This document shows positions 35,481-49,304 of a stretch of 64,000 nucleotides of DNA, piece by piece. Position numbers and translations under genes: made by a program. Numbering within the stretch: position 1 is the first letter of the stretch; each line of letters opens with the position of its first letter. Source of the stretch: Camelus dromedarius (lineage: Eukaryota); NCBI RefSeq assembly GCF_036321535.1, contig NC_087436.1:118608001-118672000 (forward strand). Direction: 5' to 3'. The notes under the pieces were generated by a model. That model was given only the letters and a program-made list of their open reading frames with translations. It had not been told where the DNA came from and did no database searches.

Positions 35481-38400
35481 CCAAAAAACAGAAGCTAAAC
35501 AAGACATATTTGTGAGCCAAATCTGGCCTTAGGGCTGCCCATGTGCACACTGTAGACTAGGCCCTCTCTGGGGTCAATCCCGTGGGTCATGGGGCCGGGT
35601 GAGCCCAGCCTGAGTCCCAGACCTCAGGGCAGACCCTATCCACCAGCTGCTTTCTTGCCATCAACCGCTGCCTCCCAGCAAGGAAGAACACGGCTCACTG
35701 GGTGGCACCAGGCGCAGCCTGCTTTTCATCCTGCCTTTCTCGGGGATGCTTCGACTTCAGGTGTCCCCGTTAGCCCCTTGGCTGCCCGAGTGAGATGGCC
35801 TTGCAGCCCTGCAGTGGACAAGGAAGTATTTTGAGAAGGAGCAAACCCTCTCAGTCTGAGCGGAGCGGCTGGACCACGATGCTCTTTCCCTGCTGGGCAA
35901 GACGAGCAGGAACAGGGCGGGAGTACTTCCGGCAATTTGGGGTGCTTTGGTTGTTTGTGGGGGGTTGGAAATCCGCGGACACAGTTGCCTGAACTGACTT
36001 ATATTCAGAAAAGAAGAGTTCTCCACTTACTCTGGAAGCAAGGAGGCTGAGTTTGGGACCTTCCCAGCTGACCAGACCCTGGCACACAGTAGGAACCCAG
36101 CCAATGTTCGCTGCATCAGGAAGAGCCTCCTCTGATGGATGAGGCCACGCAGGGAGGGGCTGCAGACTCACCAGATGTCCGAGCTGGGAGGAGCACTGGT
36201 GGGCACGTGGTTGCACCCATTTTGAAAATGAGGAACCGAGGCCTGGAGAGGTCAAAGGATGGCCTCAAAGTCACTGACCAGTAGGAGGCGCAGCTGGGTC
36301 TCTGGTTCCTTAATAAGGTCCTTTCTCCCTAGACTCAAGGTGCTTGACCCCTGGGGGTCCCAATCGCATTTGAGAATCTAGAGAAATCCTCTCTAGATTC
36401 TCTTTAGGAAAAGGAAATGCACAACTTTTTGCAGGGGCGAGCTCTGCAGGAGCTCTGTAACATCAAGGCCTCATTTAAGCCATTGTTCTGCCAGGCCCCA
36501 CCCACCTCACCCATCTTGGGTGGCAGCTGCGTAGAGCTGAAGTGTGATGGGTCCTTCCGGCGGAGTGCACCCCTGAGAGACGGTGAGCGAAAGGAGACGG
36601 GATCACATTTTACAAACAACAATGATCCCTGACCCGTGGGAGGCATCTTGGCGTTCAGAGCAGCCACTAGCTCATTTGGTCATCAGAACGAAGCTGTCAA
36701 GAAGGTGTTAGGCCCCTCAGACAGATGAAGAAGTGGGAGTTCGAAAAAGGTTAGTAATGCACAGGGACACAGCGTAGGGGTGGCCGAGCCAGCCAGGATT
36801 GTGGGACTCCAGCTCTAGGCTCCTGCCACCAGCCTGTGCCAATACAGACGGGCTTCTGACAGTTAAACAGCCATCCCTCTTGTCCCCCTGGTTGGTATCA
36901 CACAGAGTAGAGACGTTCTCAAGAGTGACTTGAAATAGGAAGGTGATCATTTGGCTGGTAGCTCAGCTTCCTGGAAGGCATCACGAGTCACGGGGCCACC
37001 TCTGCTCCACTGGTCGGGTGGGAGGGGTGCGACTGTTTTCCAGCTTGCTGTGCTTGGCTCTGTGCTGTCTTCTTTTCTGCCACAGAAGAACAAGGAGATG
37101 AGTTCTTAAAGAGATCCTATCAACCAGCATGGCATCTACATGAAGCCACACATCTGAACACACAAGCCTTTAAGATGCATGGAGGCCCCCTTCCATCTCT
37201 ATAGGTCGTGGGCTTCAGTCATGAGATCTGTACACAGTTCACCAGCTGCTGTCTCTGGGAAAGAATCTTAGCTTGGAATTTTAATGAACAATGCCTCTTT
37301 ATGTGGGGTGGTTTTGAACCTTAAAACAATATGGGAGTTTTAGGTGAAGAAGCATTCGTGTGTATTTGTACAGAAAGGGTTTCTAGTTTTCATGAGACTC
37401 TCAAAGGGTGCTAGCCCTTGTGTGGTCAAAGAGACAGAGGGTAACCTAGGAATCACGAAAGAAATGTTAGGTCCCAGATGTGAAGAATGGCAGAATGAGA
37501 CAACGGCAGGTGGAGATGGAGGAACAATCAAGTTGGGGGACAGAAAGAATGTGAGGGTGGAGAAGCGTTTCAGGCAGAAGACTGACACAGCCTGTGCAAA
37601 GGTCCTGTGGAGACAGGAAGGGATCACAAGCAGCCAGTGCAGACAGACTAGACAAGGGAGGGGGACACAGGGGCTGTGAAGGTCTCAAGTACGGCAGATG
37701 CTGAGATGAACAGACACTGGGGGGCTGTAGTGCAATGCTGAGACATAAGGGCTTAACTAGTGAAGGACAAAAGGAAGGAAGGAAATGAAGGAGGCGGAGG
37801 AGGAGGACTGCCTGGAGGTGGTGATATGTGAGTGGCGCCTTGGGGATGAACAGGAGTCTTCTGGGCAGAGGAAACAGAAGACTGCTTGGCTTGGGCAGAA
37901 GCCAAGAGGTGCAAGAGAACATGAGCTGGGAGGGCTCAGCAAGGCAGATCAGTCTGTCAAGAGGAGCTTTCAGGGATGTTGCCAGATCAGTGTGTCTGGG
38001 CGATCTGACAGTCTACTGACGGGACCCCAGAAACACTAAAACCCCACTGAAGAGCAGCATCTCTTTGCAGTTCCACTGTTGCTCCCATAATTGATTTCAC
38101 TGAGCTGGGCTTTTAAAGCTGAGGGTCTCCTGAGATGGGTAACAAAGGCTCACGTCGCTCACAGCCACATTCAGGGTAAGGATGTTGGTAAGGACACCAA
38201 CAGAGTGCTACCCTGTGTGTCTCCAGGCTTGGGGTAAATAAAGTCAGATCTCACTTGCTTAGGTTATTTATTTGTGTAAGTGGTTTTTAGGTCTGCTTTT
38301 CAAAATGTATTTACACATATCCTGTAAGCTGCTTTTAATCTTTTTATTTGAAGGAAATAAACAAGACAAAAATAAATCCAGTTCCAATCCTGAAAGCTTA

Positions 38401-39059
38401 TAGGCTGACTGGTACCTAAGTTTCCCTGCACATCACAGTCACATGGATAGCTGTAGAGGAATTCAGATTTCAAGGCTCAACCCCAGAATTATGGAATCAG
38501 TACCCAGGAGGTATATGTCAGAAATCTGTATTTTCAATGAGTCCCATATTCATGCATTAAACTGGGTGGTTCTTATACATTAAGTTCATGCATGCAGCAC
38601 CTGGCATTGGGTACCACTGCATTGGGTGACGCTCCAGTCTGAAGACAAAGCAGACAAGTAAAGTCAACGTCACTGGAAGCAGGTGAGTGGTACCAAACAC
38701 AAGAAATCATCATCTCTTGCCTACATCATGCATGAGGTTGGCCCAAATCTTTGCCTTGATCTTGCATTCATCAAGGAATTAATGCAACAACCCTTCCAGG
38801 ATTCATAAGCATGATGGGGTCACCTCCATAATCCATGTGGGTCACTCATAGACGATAATTCCTAAGAGAGTTACATCTTAAAAATTACAACAATTACAAA
38901 GATACTCAACTCCTGAGAAATGATCAGCCAATACAATAAATTGAAGAAATCCCTGTGGGACATTACATGTAATAGGATTTCTAAGACAGATTTTAAAATA
39001 AGAATGCTTCCAATATTCACGTATATATTACATGAATGAAAAGTAGAGTAACTGATATA

Positions 39060-39172
39060 GGACCTCAATCAGCAGATTAAACAGTAGGTTAGACACAGAG
39101 CTAGAGAGATTTAGTGAACTGGAAGATGAATTGGAGGAAATCACCCAGAATTCAGGGCAGAGAAATAAAAAA
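39060..39172 (+). mobile_element. Ancient L1 ORF1-region fragment
   Basis: GATTAAACAGTAGGTTAGACACAG...AGTGAACTGGAAGAT...GAAATCACCCAGAAT. Confidence 0.55.
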
Positions 39173-40399
39173 GTGAGGGGGCAGGGGGAGTTACTCTAGA
39201 TTGAGTGGTTAGAAATTGCCTTTCTGAGAAGCTGATATTTGAGCTAAGACCCAAAGTACAAGGAATGTCCAGCCATGGAAAGAAATGGGAATCAGGTGTC
39301 CCTGGCAGAAGGGGCAAATGTGCGTGCAACATGCTTAAGGTGAGAACCAGCTTGGCAGGAACAGGTTGATATGTCTGGAGAATGTAAAGCAGGTTGCTGT
39401 GGTTCTACCAGGTAAGAAGCCACCATGGGGAAGAGGAGAGTGTGATCCTGTGTGGAGTCAATGAATGGACTTCAGCTCAGAAAGTGGCGGTCAGCAGGAG
39501 GCATGTTTAGGCTGAGGGCGAAGAAGAACTTTCTAACAATGAGAGCTAAGAGCTAACCACTATCTCACTCATTCATTAACTCATTTGTTCATTATCAAGT
39601 ACCTGCTCTATGCCAGGTGCTGTGTTCAAGGCTATGGGGTATGCTGAGATGAACAGAACATGAGCATCCTTGTCCTCAAAGGCCTCACAGTTGAGTGAGT
39701 AAAACAGGCCAGTAAACTAATGTCAGACAGAATGGAATGCTGCCTTCACAGAAATCACAGTGGCCGCGGAGAGTCACAGAAAGGAATCAAGAAGGTGATC
39801 AGACTGAGACATCCAGACAGCCTCTTGGAGGCAGCAGTGTGCTCACTGCACTGCAGATGTGGGGATAATCAGAGAGGACCCCTGCATTTGGAGGAATGCA
39901 TAACCAGTGGACCCTAAGGTCCCTTCCAATCTTAGAACTGACAATTCTGTAAAACTACAGCAGGCATTCATGTGCCCGAGGGAGTTGGAGAGGACTAGGC
40001 TGCGGCTTCACCTCCTAGTCCATTGGGGGAAGCAAATGTGTGAGCAGATAATGGCGGAGATCCCAGGCAGCGAGACAACCACATGACAGGGAGAAGGGAA
40101 GCCCTTGGGTATAAGAAAATGAGGGCAAAAATGGGGACACTAGTCCATGCCCTATTTAGTTCCAGACCTTTGTGAAGACAAGAGCTCATCAATGAGAGAA
40201 TGCATTCTGACAGGAGGGGCCAACACAGACGTGACTGGCCTTGACACCATTCACTAACACCGGAGGTCACGCAGCCCTTTTCGGGGGGATGTGTAGAGGA
40301 GATGAGAAGGTCAGACTTGGGGACACCTTGTCACTGCCCTTTCTCTCACTCTGATCTGTAAATCAAAGCAGTGTTGGACTGACCTACTTCACAGATAAA

Positions 40400-40770
40400 A
40401 AAACACCTGGGAAGAACAGACCTGGTATCTCTGTTTCCTCTCTTTCCTGTGTGCTGCCATTCCCCCAGCCCAGACCACCACCATCTCTCACCTGGACCAG
40501 TACAACAGCTTCCTAACCAGGCTCCCTGCTGCCCCACCCCAATCCACTCTACACAGCAGCCAGATTACTAGAAAGTTGATCGCATCACTTCCTTGCTTCT
40601 TCTCTGTCTTTCTCTGCTCTTAGGATAAAGCCAAGCTCCTTAGAAAGACTTCCAGGACACTGGAATGTCCAGCCATGCCCGCCTCTTTTATCTTGTCTCT
40701 TGAACTTCAAAGCCTTCCACTTCACACAGCAGCCACACAAACTCCTTGCACGTCAAATGCAACTTGCCTT
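40400..40770 (+). mobile_element. L2 LINE fragment
   Basis: CCACCATCTCTCACCTGGAC...CTTCCTAAC...ACACAGCAGCCAGA...AGGATAAAGCCAAGCTCCTTA. Confidence 0.65.
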
Positions 40771-42075
40771 GGTCACATAAGCAATGTTAGGTGCCTAGAG
40801 GTGGAATAAATGTGTACGTCCTAGAGGGCAAGTGCTCCTGGTACTGATGGGCACGTTCAGTGGATTCTCCTTTCAACTCCATTCTCCTCTTGGTGTTTGG
40901 GGAATAGGAGCTTCCATTCCACCAACAGTCAATCAGGAGTAGTTCCTGGGCCAGAAATCGTTTCCTTTCTCATGTGTCTCTCATCTGAGTGTGAAGTCCA
41001 GCTTGGACAAGTAAGAAGGTGCTTGGCCCCCTGGACATGCTGGACAGTGGGCTGAGTGCTCTGGACTTCCATAAATGCAAAGTTTGTGATCTCAGGAACT
41101 TACAGGACAGGATAGAATGACCCTTGGACTCCACTGGCCAATCAGGACCATGGAGAAAGGATTCTAGGGAAGCAGAGGTGAGGAGGACTTTGTAGGGGCA
41201 TCTGTCCAGGGGAGCCCAGTGCTCCAGTTGGGAGGACCAGCAGCTGCAAAACCTGATATCCATCCAAGAGTTACAAGGAGAGAAATCCTGGACCACACCT
41301 ACTATGTGTCAGCTACTGCCCAGAGCCCTTGACAGGTACCGCCACACTGAATCCCCATTTACAGAGAAGGACATTGAGAGGCTTAGAGAGAAATTCACCC
41401 AAGATCCTGCAGCAGGTATGTGGTGGGGTTGGGATTTTAAACAAAACCTATCAGACTCCAGGACCCAGAGAGAAAGGCATGTGAAATGGCCCAAGCAGAT
41501 GAGAAATTGCTGCTGAACTGGGCGGATGCTGACAAAGCACAGATGAAATGTGGATCAACTTAATGTGATTCTCATGAATGCAATCCGGTTCCAACATATT
41601 TCCTCAGGGAATATGCAGCATTTTCTTGCAGGTAAAGGGAATCAAATGTAAAATGCATGATTTGTTTTTTCAAACAAAAGTCTTCAAAATTTAAGAATCT
41701 TCTCAACCTGCTCCATCTGGCCACTAATTTTTCTATTTAAATGATGTCTGTTTGTTATCCACCTTATGCTATAAACAGGCTTGGTGTGAATCATGGTGTT
41801 TTAATTAGAATACTAGTTATTCTCAAGAAGTCATCTAAAATAAGTCCTTATATAATTAGGTGAAGCAGCAGACCTCCGGACAGAAAGTGACCCCACCGTA
41901 ATCACCCAGCTTGATCAATAAATTTGAGCTTGGACGAGCTTCCCAGACCCCTAACTGATAACTTCTCTATCTCATCCCCTGCCAGCATCCATCTAGAGCC
42001 TTCCACGTGCCCAGTGCTGGTGTTTTGGTGTCAGGGAGAGATGAAACAAAGTCTCTTCCCTCAAGCTGCTCACAT

Positions 42076-42113
42076 TTCCCTTCCTTTCCTCCCTTCCTTC
42101 CTCCCTCCCTCCC

Positions 42114-42200
<87 letters not shown>

Positions 42201-42294
42201 CTTTCTTTCTTTTCTCTCTTTCTCTCTTTCTTTCTTTTCTTGCTTATTTCCTTTCTTGCTTGCTTCTTTTCTTTCTTCCTTTTTTTTTTTTTTT
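42076..42294. repeat. (TTTC)n tetranucleotide repeat in a polypyrimidine tract
   Basis: About 20 TTTC units flanked by degenerate CCTT/CCCT repeats and poly-T. Confidence 0.95.
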
Positions 42295-42509
42295 GGTGCC
42301 TCCTTATTGAACTTCAAAACGATACCATGTCCCTATTTCTCTGACAGATGTTACACCAGAGCTGCTGTGTCTCTTTCCTCTATTATGCCTTCTGAGTTTG
42401 TGGAATTTTCTGGCCTTTCTCAAAGCCAAAACCCCATTTCCCTCAAGCACCTGGGACAGATTTTGCTCAGACTTTTCTTGGATACATTCTTTCATGGGGA
42501 GCTCACCTC

Positions 42510-43597
42510 TGTGCCAGAGAAGTCTGTTTCACCGGACAGCTCTGACTATCGGGAAATTCCAATCGAATTTCTCCACCAAGTAATTCTCCAGTTCTCAGCA
42601 GGCGCTGACTGGGTGCTCCGCACTTCATATGCCAATTGCAAGTCTGTGCTGTTACCTGTGCTTCTGACCAATTGGCTACAAATTGGAGGTTCCTATGTCC
42701 CTCCCCTTAGGTTTGATTTGTTTGCCAGAGGGGCTCACAGAACTCAGAGAAACATTTGCTTATGTTTACCAGCTTATTATAAAGGGTATTGTAGAGGATA
42801 CAGATGAGGTGCCCAAGGAGAGGTCCAGAAGGGTCCCCAGAGCACCACCCTCTAGGCACATGGATGAGTTCTGGTTCACCAACTCGGAAACTCTGTGAAC
42901 TCATCTTTTTTTTTTTTAATAAAGACTTATTAAAAAGAAACAACAGGCCTCAAATGGAGTCACTTGTGCTAAGCCCCACATCAGCAAACCAATACGTAGT
43001 ATAAGCGCAGCTTCAGCCTCCCCAGGAATGCAGTTAGTCTGGAGTTTCCTGGTCCACAGCAGCGAGCTAACCCCCCGACAGACCTCTTCACCCCCTGCAG
43101 AAGAGGAGGAAGCCCACTTCTTCCCTGTCCCGCGCCCTCTGTCTGTGGAAGCCTTCCGCTCTGTACAGCTGCTCGGAGCTCGTTTCTGCTTGCTAGATGG
43201 GCTGTTGCCTGATTCATGAATTCCTGAATAAAGCCAATTAGATCTTTAACTTCACTCAGTTGAATTTTGTTTTTTAACAGGCTTCATTTTATAGGCATGT
43301 TTGATTAACTCATTGGCCGCTGGTGATGGAACCAAGTCTCTGTCTGGTCCTTCTCCCCTCCCCAGATCTCTGGGGTGGGACTGAAAGTTCCAACCTCTAA
43401 TCACGTGGTTGTTTCCCCTGGCAACCAATCCCCACCTCCTTTTAGGTTACCCAGGGGTTTCCCAGAAATCATCTCGTTAACGTAACAAAGCCATCTTTAT
43501 CTCAACAGTTAGGAAATTCCAAGAATTTTAGGAGCTCTGTGCCTGGAACAATGGATGGAGAGCAAATACACATTTCTTATTAAATCACTATATCACA
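42510..43597 (-). mobile_element. MER21-like solo LTR, split by a nested LTR
   Basis: CTTCTGACCAATTGGCTACAAATTGGAGGTTCC, GGCTCACAGAACTCAG, GGGACTGAAAGTTCCAACCTCTAATCAC, TTAGGAGCTCTGTGCC; TG...CA termini. Confidence 0.75.
42928..43279 (+). mobile_element. ERV1-type solo LTR nested in the MER21-like LTR
   Basis: T(A)TTAAAAAG...TTTTTAACA inverted termini, AATAAA at ~43227, near-TSD gact/ggct. Confidence 0.7.
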
Positions 43598-43822
43598 GAA
43601 ATTCATCCTTGAGTGGAGTAACAATGGGGCTTGCTAGAATGTGTGTAAAGCCGTTGAAGGGATATTTCACACAGCATTTAAAGCCAGGCACAGTGTCCAC
43701 TCACAGAGAAGCCTCTCTTCAGATAGGCTGAGTCTGGTTCCCACTGCCCCTCCTGTCTCACGGTTTCATTAGAATGGTGGGAGAAGATGGGGAAAGGCCC
43801 AGCTTTGTCTGGAGGAGAACCA

Positions 43823-44014
43823 CAGTGATGAGCTGGTACAAGTTAAGTGGCTCTCAGAAAAACAGACCTGATTTTTACACCTGTCAGTTCCTGTGGTGTA
43901 AATATTCCCGTCATGACTGATTTCAAGCCACCAGTGGGATGTCACTGAGGAGCTACTAGGATGTCCACGAGCAGCTCTGGCCAGCCAGGGGGAGCCATCT
44001 CCAGCACCCCACTG
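43823..44014. mobile_element. hAT DNA-transposon MITE, MER63-like
   Basis: CAGTG...CACTG termini; internal GTGGTGTAAATATTCCC...GATTTCAAGC. Confidence 0.6.
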
Positions 44015-44363
44015 TGTGTGTGTGTTTGGGGAGAGTGCAGGCATAAGAGAATGAATGAATGAGAGACAAATAACAATCCTGCAAAAGTGATAAGAGAGAA
44101 TGAACAGGAATGAACAGGATGTTTTAATAACTACAGTAAATAGACGATGCAAATAAAATAAGCCAGAATCAGTGTATTAAGCATTTTAAGCAGCTTCTCC
44201 AAATTAATTTCAAAGAATCATGCCTGGTTTTTTAATAAACAGTCAAGATGATAAAGTGTAAGGGAGTTATAACTTACTTCCTCTGTGATCTTGGGCAAGA
44301 TATTTAATCACTCTCTGTTTTCCCATCAGTAAAAACTAATAATACCCACCACAGGGCTAGCGT

Positions 44364-44960
44364 TGTTGCAGAAACTGGGGCATGAGGGGATGGTGGTGCC
44401 CCAGGGCTTGCGTGAGCCCCTGGGATGCGCCCTGCCAAGTGAGGGTCCTTGGCTTCTTGCAGGGAAGAATTCAAGAGCGAGCTGAAGTAGAGTGAGAGTA
44501 GATGCATTCAGGGAGATGTTCACTCCATAGACAGAGTGCAGGTGCCTCAAAAGGGGAGACAGAGGGAGACGGAGAGATACGTATGAGGCTGTTAGTTTTT
44601 TTGGGTGCGGTTATTTCATGGGCTAACAAGTGGGAGGATTCTTCCAACGACTTTGGGGAAGGGGTGGGGATTCCCAGGAATTGGGCCCCACACACTTTTT
44701 GACCTTTTATGGTCAGCCTTGAAACTGTCATGGTGCCTGTAGGAGTGCCAATAGCATGCCAGTACGTTATAATGAGCATATAACGAGGCTCAAGGTCTAC
44801 CTGGAGTCACATCTTCTGCCACCTTGGGCCTCAAGGTCCATTGGAAGTTGAATTTTTCCCCCATCTTGGGCTGAGGTGGTTTTAACGAGTTTATGTTGTA
44901 TCCTCACTTGCTGCGTCATTCGTTTAAAGGCTATGCCCTGTCCCCTTCCCTCCTGTCTCA
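44364..44960 (-). mobile_element. ERV1-type solo LTR (~600 bp) inserted into a MIR
   Basis: Minus strand TGAGACAGG...TGCAACA termini; 4-bp TSD gcgt/gtgt; GGGTCCTTGGCTTC...GAATTCAAGAGCGAG motif; internal ~40-bp tandem duplication. Confidence 0.75.
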
Positions 44961-45541
44961 GTGTGACGGAGGTACCTGGCAGAGGCTTTAGCAAATGGCA
45001 GAGTTAGCATCTAAGCCTGGGCAAACAATGGAGACTCAGACCTCAGCAACTAGGGGCTGAACCACATCCCCAGCGCCCTGCACTGGTCCTGGAGCGTGGC
45101 AGATGTGCAATGAGTATTCTTGAAATAAATTTGGAGTCTGGGTTGTGAAGGTCAGTGTGCTAGCATGTAATGTGGAAAGAACATACCATGAAACAGATGA
45201 ACCTCTCTTCAATTTCCACGAGCTTTGCAGTTGCATGGGATACAAAAAAAATACAGATAAAAATAAAATGCTCTCCCCCCGCAAATGCTCTAATCTGTGT
45301 TTCAATATCAAGATTCATTGGGGCCATTTTCACTTTCACTGTTCTTCGCATCCCAGCCTAATTGATGGATTCCTTCATGAGTTGAGGCCTCCCTGAATCT
45401 CATTACCCCGGGGCTTCTAGGTGTATTGATCCTTTTTAGAAAGAAGGCAATAAATCGTCCACAGATGTAATGACCAAACCCACTGCCAAGGGAGAGTATA
45501 CAGAAGGCAGGCTTCCTCACTGCACTGTCTGTCTTTAAGTG

Positions 45542-45609
45542 AACTTGTATCAGAAGTTTGAATTTCTGAATCAGCAACTTGTATCAGAAGTTTGAATTTC
45601 TGAATCAGC
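45542..45609. repeat. Perfect 34-bp tandem duplication
   Basis: AACTTGTATCAGAAGTTTGAATTTCTGAATCAGC twice. Confidence 0.95.
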
Positions 45610-46759
45610 AATAGGTACCACTGACTTTAAAAATGTTTATTCCCTTTGAGATGGTAATTCCGTTTCTGAGAATTCATCTCCAAGAAACAGTCTTCTATGA
45701 AGACAAAAATGTATACTCACTAATAATCAGCACATTATTTATTAGGGAAAAAAAGGAAGCCACTCAAAGGTTAAACAACAGGGGTCAAGGAAGTTTTGTG
45801 TTGTATAACTGTAAGAAGTGATGTTTATGAAAACGATGTCAGCAAATTTACCCACAGGGATGAAAACGGACATGGGCCAAAACAGCAGCAGTGATTTTGT
45901 TTGTATGGTTTTTGATGTTTTCTCCTTAACAGCTTTTTTCTATTTTATATATTTTTTGTCATAAGCATACATCACTTGAAATTAATTTTTATAATTTGAA
46001 TTTTTCAAGAGGTACATAACAAAGCCAGCAGGTCTTTATGCAGGAACATGCACAGTGACACTTCTCATTCTTCGCTTGCCGGAAGTACTTAATGACCTCC
46101 TCTCTGGTGTTGCTCTCCCATGGGTGGAACCTCAAGCTTGTTTTAAGTGGCTGAGTCAGGAACTTAAGGTGGCCTGGAATTTGCTCATGCACACAGAAAT
46201 GCAAAGAAAAGCCACTTCCATCACATGAAAAATCAGATGTAGGTGCCATGTTATAGTCTATTTTTCCACTAAGATAAATTCTTCTAAATTTTTCAAGAGT
46301 TTTAGTTTAGTCTCATGTATCGGTCTAGTCAATTCCTTGATCCAATAAGTAGCTCAGAAAGGAGTTGCTCTAAATTCTACACCTGTAAATTTTATCTTCA
46401 GTTCTCAGGGTGGGCACTGCAAACGCCTCTAACTTGCTCCCAGTCCAACTCCCCTCCAAGCCACCCTCCAGGTAATGGCCAGGGTGATCTTTCTAGATTA
46501 TAACTCTGGTCCTGACACTTGTCTTCCTGGTGTAAGCACCTTCAGTGGCTCCATCACCACATCAGGTTCTCCCCATCTTGCCTGTTACCATCATTTCCCT
46601 CACCCTCTAAGGTCCACTCACATCCAGTTTCCACCATTCCCAGACACAGCATACTATGTGTGCTCACACTGCTAGAGAAAGACAATAGTTGTTGGTCAAT
46701 CCACAGCTTTGCCCGGTCCCTTTATTTTTGTCATCTTCCAGCCTAGAGGTTGGAAGGTG

Positions 46760-47110
46760 GAAATTGACTCTCAGGTAGGAACGGCCATGGGACACATTTA
46801 TGGGAAGATCTGGTTAATGAGGTATGAAACAAAGTCTGCTGAAGGCATCTGAGAAAAGCTTGCCTTCCTCTTTCCTCTTGGGACACAGATGTGAAGCCTG
46901 CAGCTGGAGCAGCCCCCTTGTGATCATGAAGCAATAACCACCAGGAAGAAAAACCAACAAGCTGAAGACAGTGGATCCGGAGGATGGAAAGCAGCTGTGT
47001 GGTTGATGGTATCACTGAGATGCCAGACCCGCCTTGAGGCCGTGTGGCTCTGTCTCCTTGAAGAGTGAGGGGCGACGTTCTATTGCTTGCAGCTACATGT
47101 CTCCTACTGG
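46760..47110 (+). mobile_element. Old MaLR LTR (MLT1J/K-like)
   Basis: GATGTGAAGCCTGCAGCTGGAGCAGCC...TTGTGATCATGA; TTCTATTGCTTGCAGC. Confidence 0.55.
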
Positions 47111-47309
47111 ACTCACTCTTCTCTCACATAAGAAGATGTACACAAAGGCGTAACTTCAGCACCTGGAACATTCCAGCAGCTCAATCCATGTTAGTCTCCT
47201 CTCTCTTCTTCCTGCATATTCCTTTTGGGCCGTCTTTACCCACCTGTTGGGAATACACTACACCCCAAACTGCACATTTTACCGAGATATGCCAGGTTGT
47301 GTATCTGTA

Positions 47310-47720
47310 CACATGATCTGCCTGTGACAGAAACCAAGCTGAAGTGGCTAAGGCAAAAATGGGACTTTCCGGCAAGGCTCTCTCCCAGAACTGACGGGAA
47401 GGATGAGCAGCTATCCCCGAGGACGGAGCGGTTTCCACACACACACCTGTGACCAGCGACCCAAGCATGGCCTGGGAGCTCTCACCACCTTTCTGTGTCT
47501 CCTTGGCAGTGACTTTTTTCTTTCTTACTCTGCACTGGCTTCCTTCACTGCAACAAGGATGCAACACACTGACAGCCCCTGAAGTTACTGTGGGGCAGGT
47601 GTCAGTTTCAGAGTGAAATTTCCTAGAAGAATTCTGATTGGCCTGCGTGGGTCAGGCGTCTGGCTATGGGCCAACCAACAACAAGGGGGTGGAGCAGAGT
47701 CACCTGGGTCCCGCCCCCTG
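47310..47720 (-). mobile_element. Old MaLR LTR (MLT1K/L-like)
   Basis: GTGACAGAAACC...TGGCTAAGGCAAAAA; TCTGATTGGCC...GGGTCA. Confidence 0.5.
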
Positions 47721-49304
47721 CAGAGCAGGTGTGGAGCAGGCTCTGTGCCCAGCCAGAGCCCAGGTGCTGTGTTGGCCTCCCTCACACCACAGCCTCTTCC
47801 CACCTTCCCCAGTACACAGAACCAGTCAGCTTTAGGGCAGTGTGACTCACCCAAGGGCAAAAAAGCCATTATTCCGCATGTTCATAAAAACTGTCTTGTT
47901 TTGGAGACTTTTCTGCTTAGAGGACTGGAGCCCGTGCTTAATGTGGACACAAGGTGGTCTGGTACACGCCGGAACAAGTAGCTGAAGCTGACAGTGAAGA
48001 CAGGCTCAGGGATGTGGCATCAGGGCCCAAACACGTCTGGTATGCAGACGGAGAAGGGTGCATTCCAGAGCTGCCTTTTCTTAAATGTTGAAAGGGCCCT
48101 TGCTTCAATACAGAATTAACCCGACCTCAGTAACGGTTTCGCCAAAAAAAAGTGGACCCAGGATTTCTAGAACACCCACGTGGTGCCTATCCTACCAGAA
48201 GCCCCCAACGTTTTTTGGATGAAATTCTCTAATCCTATCATTTCTGTATTCTCATCCTCATGTTATAGAAGAAATAACTGAGGCCCAGAGATGTCAAGTA
48301 ACTTGCTCAAAGTCACCCAGCTAGAAAGTGGCAAAACCAGCATTCGAATCCAGATCTGCCTTGCTCCACGAAGCCCAGATTCCTGCAGAGCACTCATTGT
48401 CCCCAGAGAGGTTCAGTCCAAAGGGAAAGCCAGCGCCCACGAGCCTCTGAGAGGGTTGACCTGGTACACGCAGCCCTGCTCAGCCAGCCTGGGCTGCAAA
48501 CGCTAGACATTTTTAGCATGTACCTAAAATAAAATAAAACGTGCAGAAAAGTGTAACCAAAAAACCTGAGTGATCTTTCAAAAACAAAAAAAACCCCAAC
48601 AACGTGGGCCAGTGTGCAAGGAGGAAGTTGGAGGCTTTTAATCCCTCTGTTTCCACCTTGAGTCTTGAGGCCCCAGAGGCAGTTTCACTGTTGAGCTCTT
48701 CAGCTTCGTCGCCCAGGTCTTGGTTTGCACAGGTCACCCAGAGACGTCCAGCCTCCGTCGCCTGTAAATCATTGCAAGCCAAGCAGAGGCCCAGGGCGAG
48801 GCGATGCTATCAGCTCAGAGTACAATGAGACACCACGGTCATTCATCAGAGGGCTGGGGACCAGACGGACGCAAATGATGACTAAGAAAAATGTTGCCAG
48901 AGCCCGAGGGTGAGGCACAGAGGGAAAGGGCAACATTAGAGAAGAAAACCACACTGTCACTTCTGTCATCACGAAAATCCAAGATGAAGCCCCCATAGAT
49001 GGGAGACCCCAAAAATTCTGCCACAAGAAACAAAAGAGGAGAAGAGGTTCCAAGCACGATGCCCTCTGCCAAAGCAGGGGTGTTGTGAGCAAGAGTGGGA
49101 CACAGTCTGGTGCCCAGCAGGCTCTGGAAGCCCCACACCGGATGGAATTGCCACTGGAATGGAGGTGGGTAGAGAAGGAACCCCGCACCCCGAGCTTCAA
49201 TGAGGCATAGGACATAAGATGCTTCTCCTGGACCAGCTCTGAATCAGGGATTTCTCAGGGCCCATTCAGCACTGTGTGCTGCGGAGCCATCAGGAGCTTG
49301 GCTG

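Noticed and set aside
41924..42807. FLSF/KKER-repeat ORFs up to 266 aa
   Set aside because: Translations of the (TTTC)n microsatellite running into an LTR.
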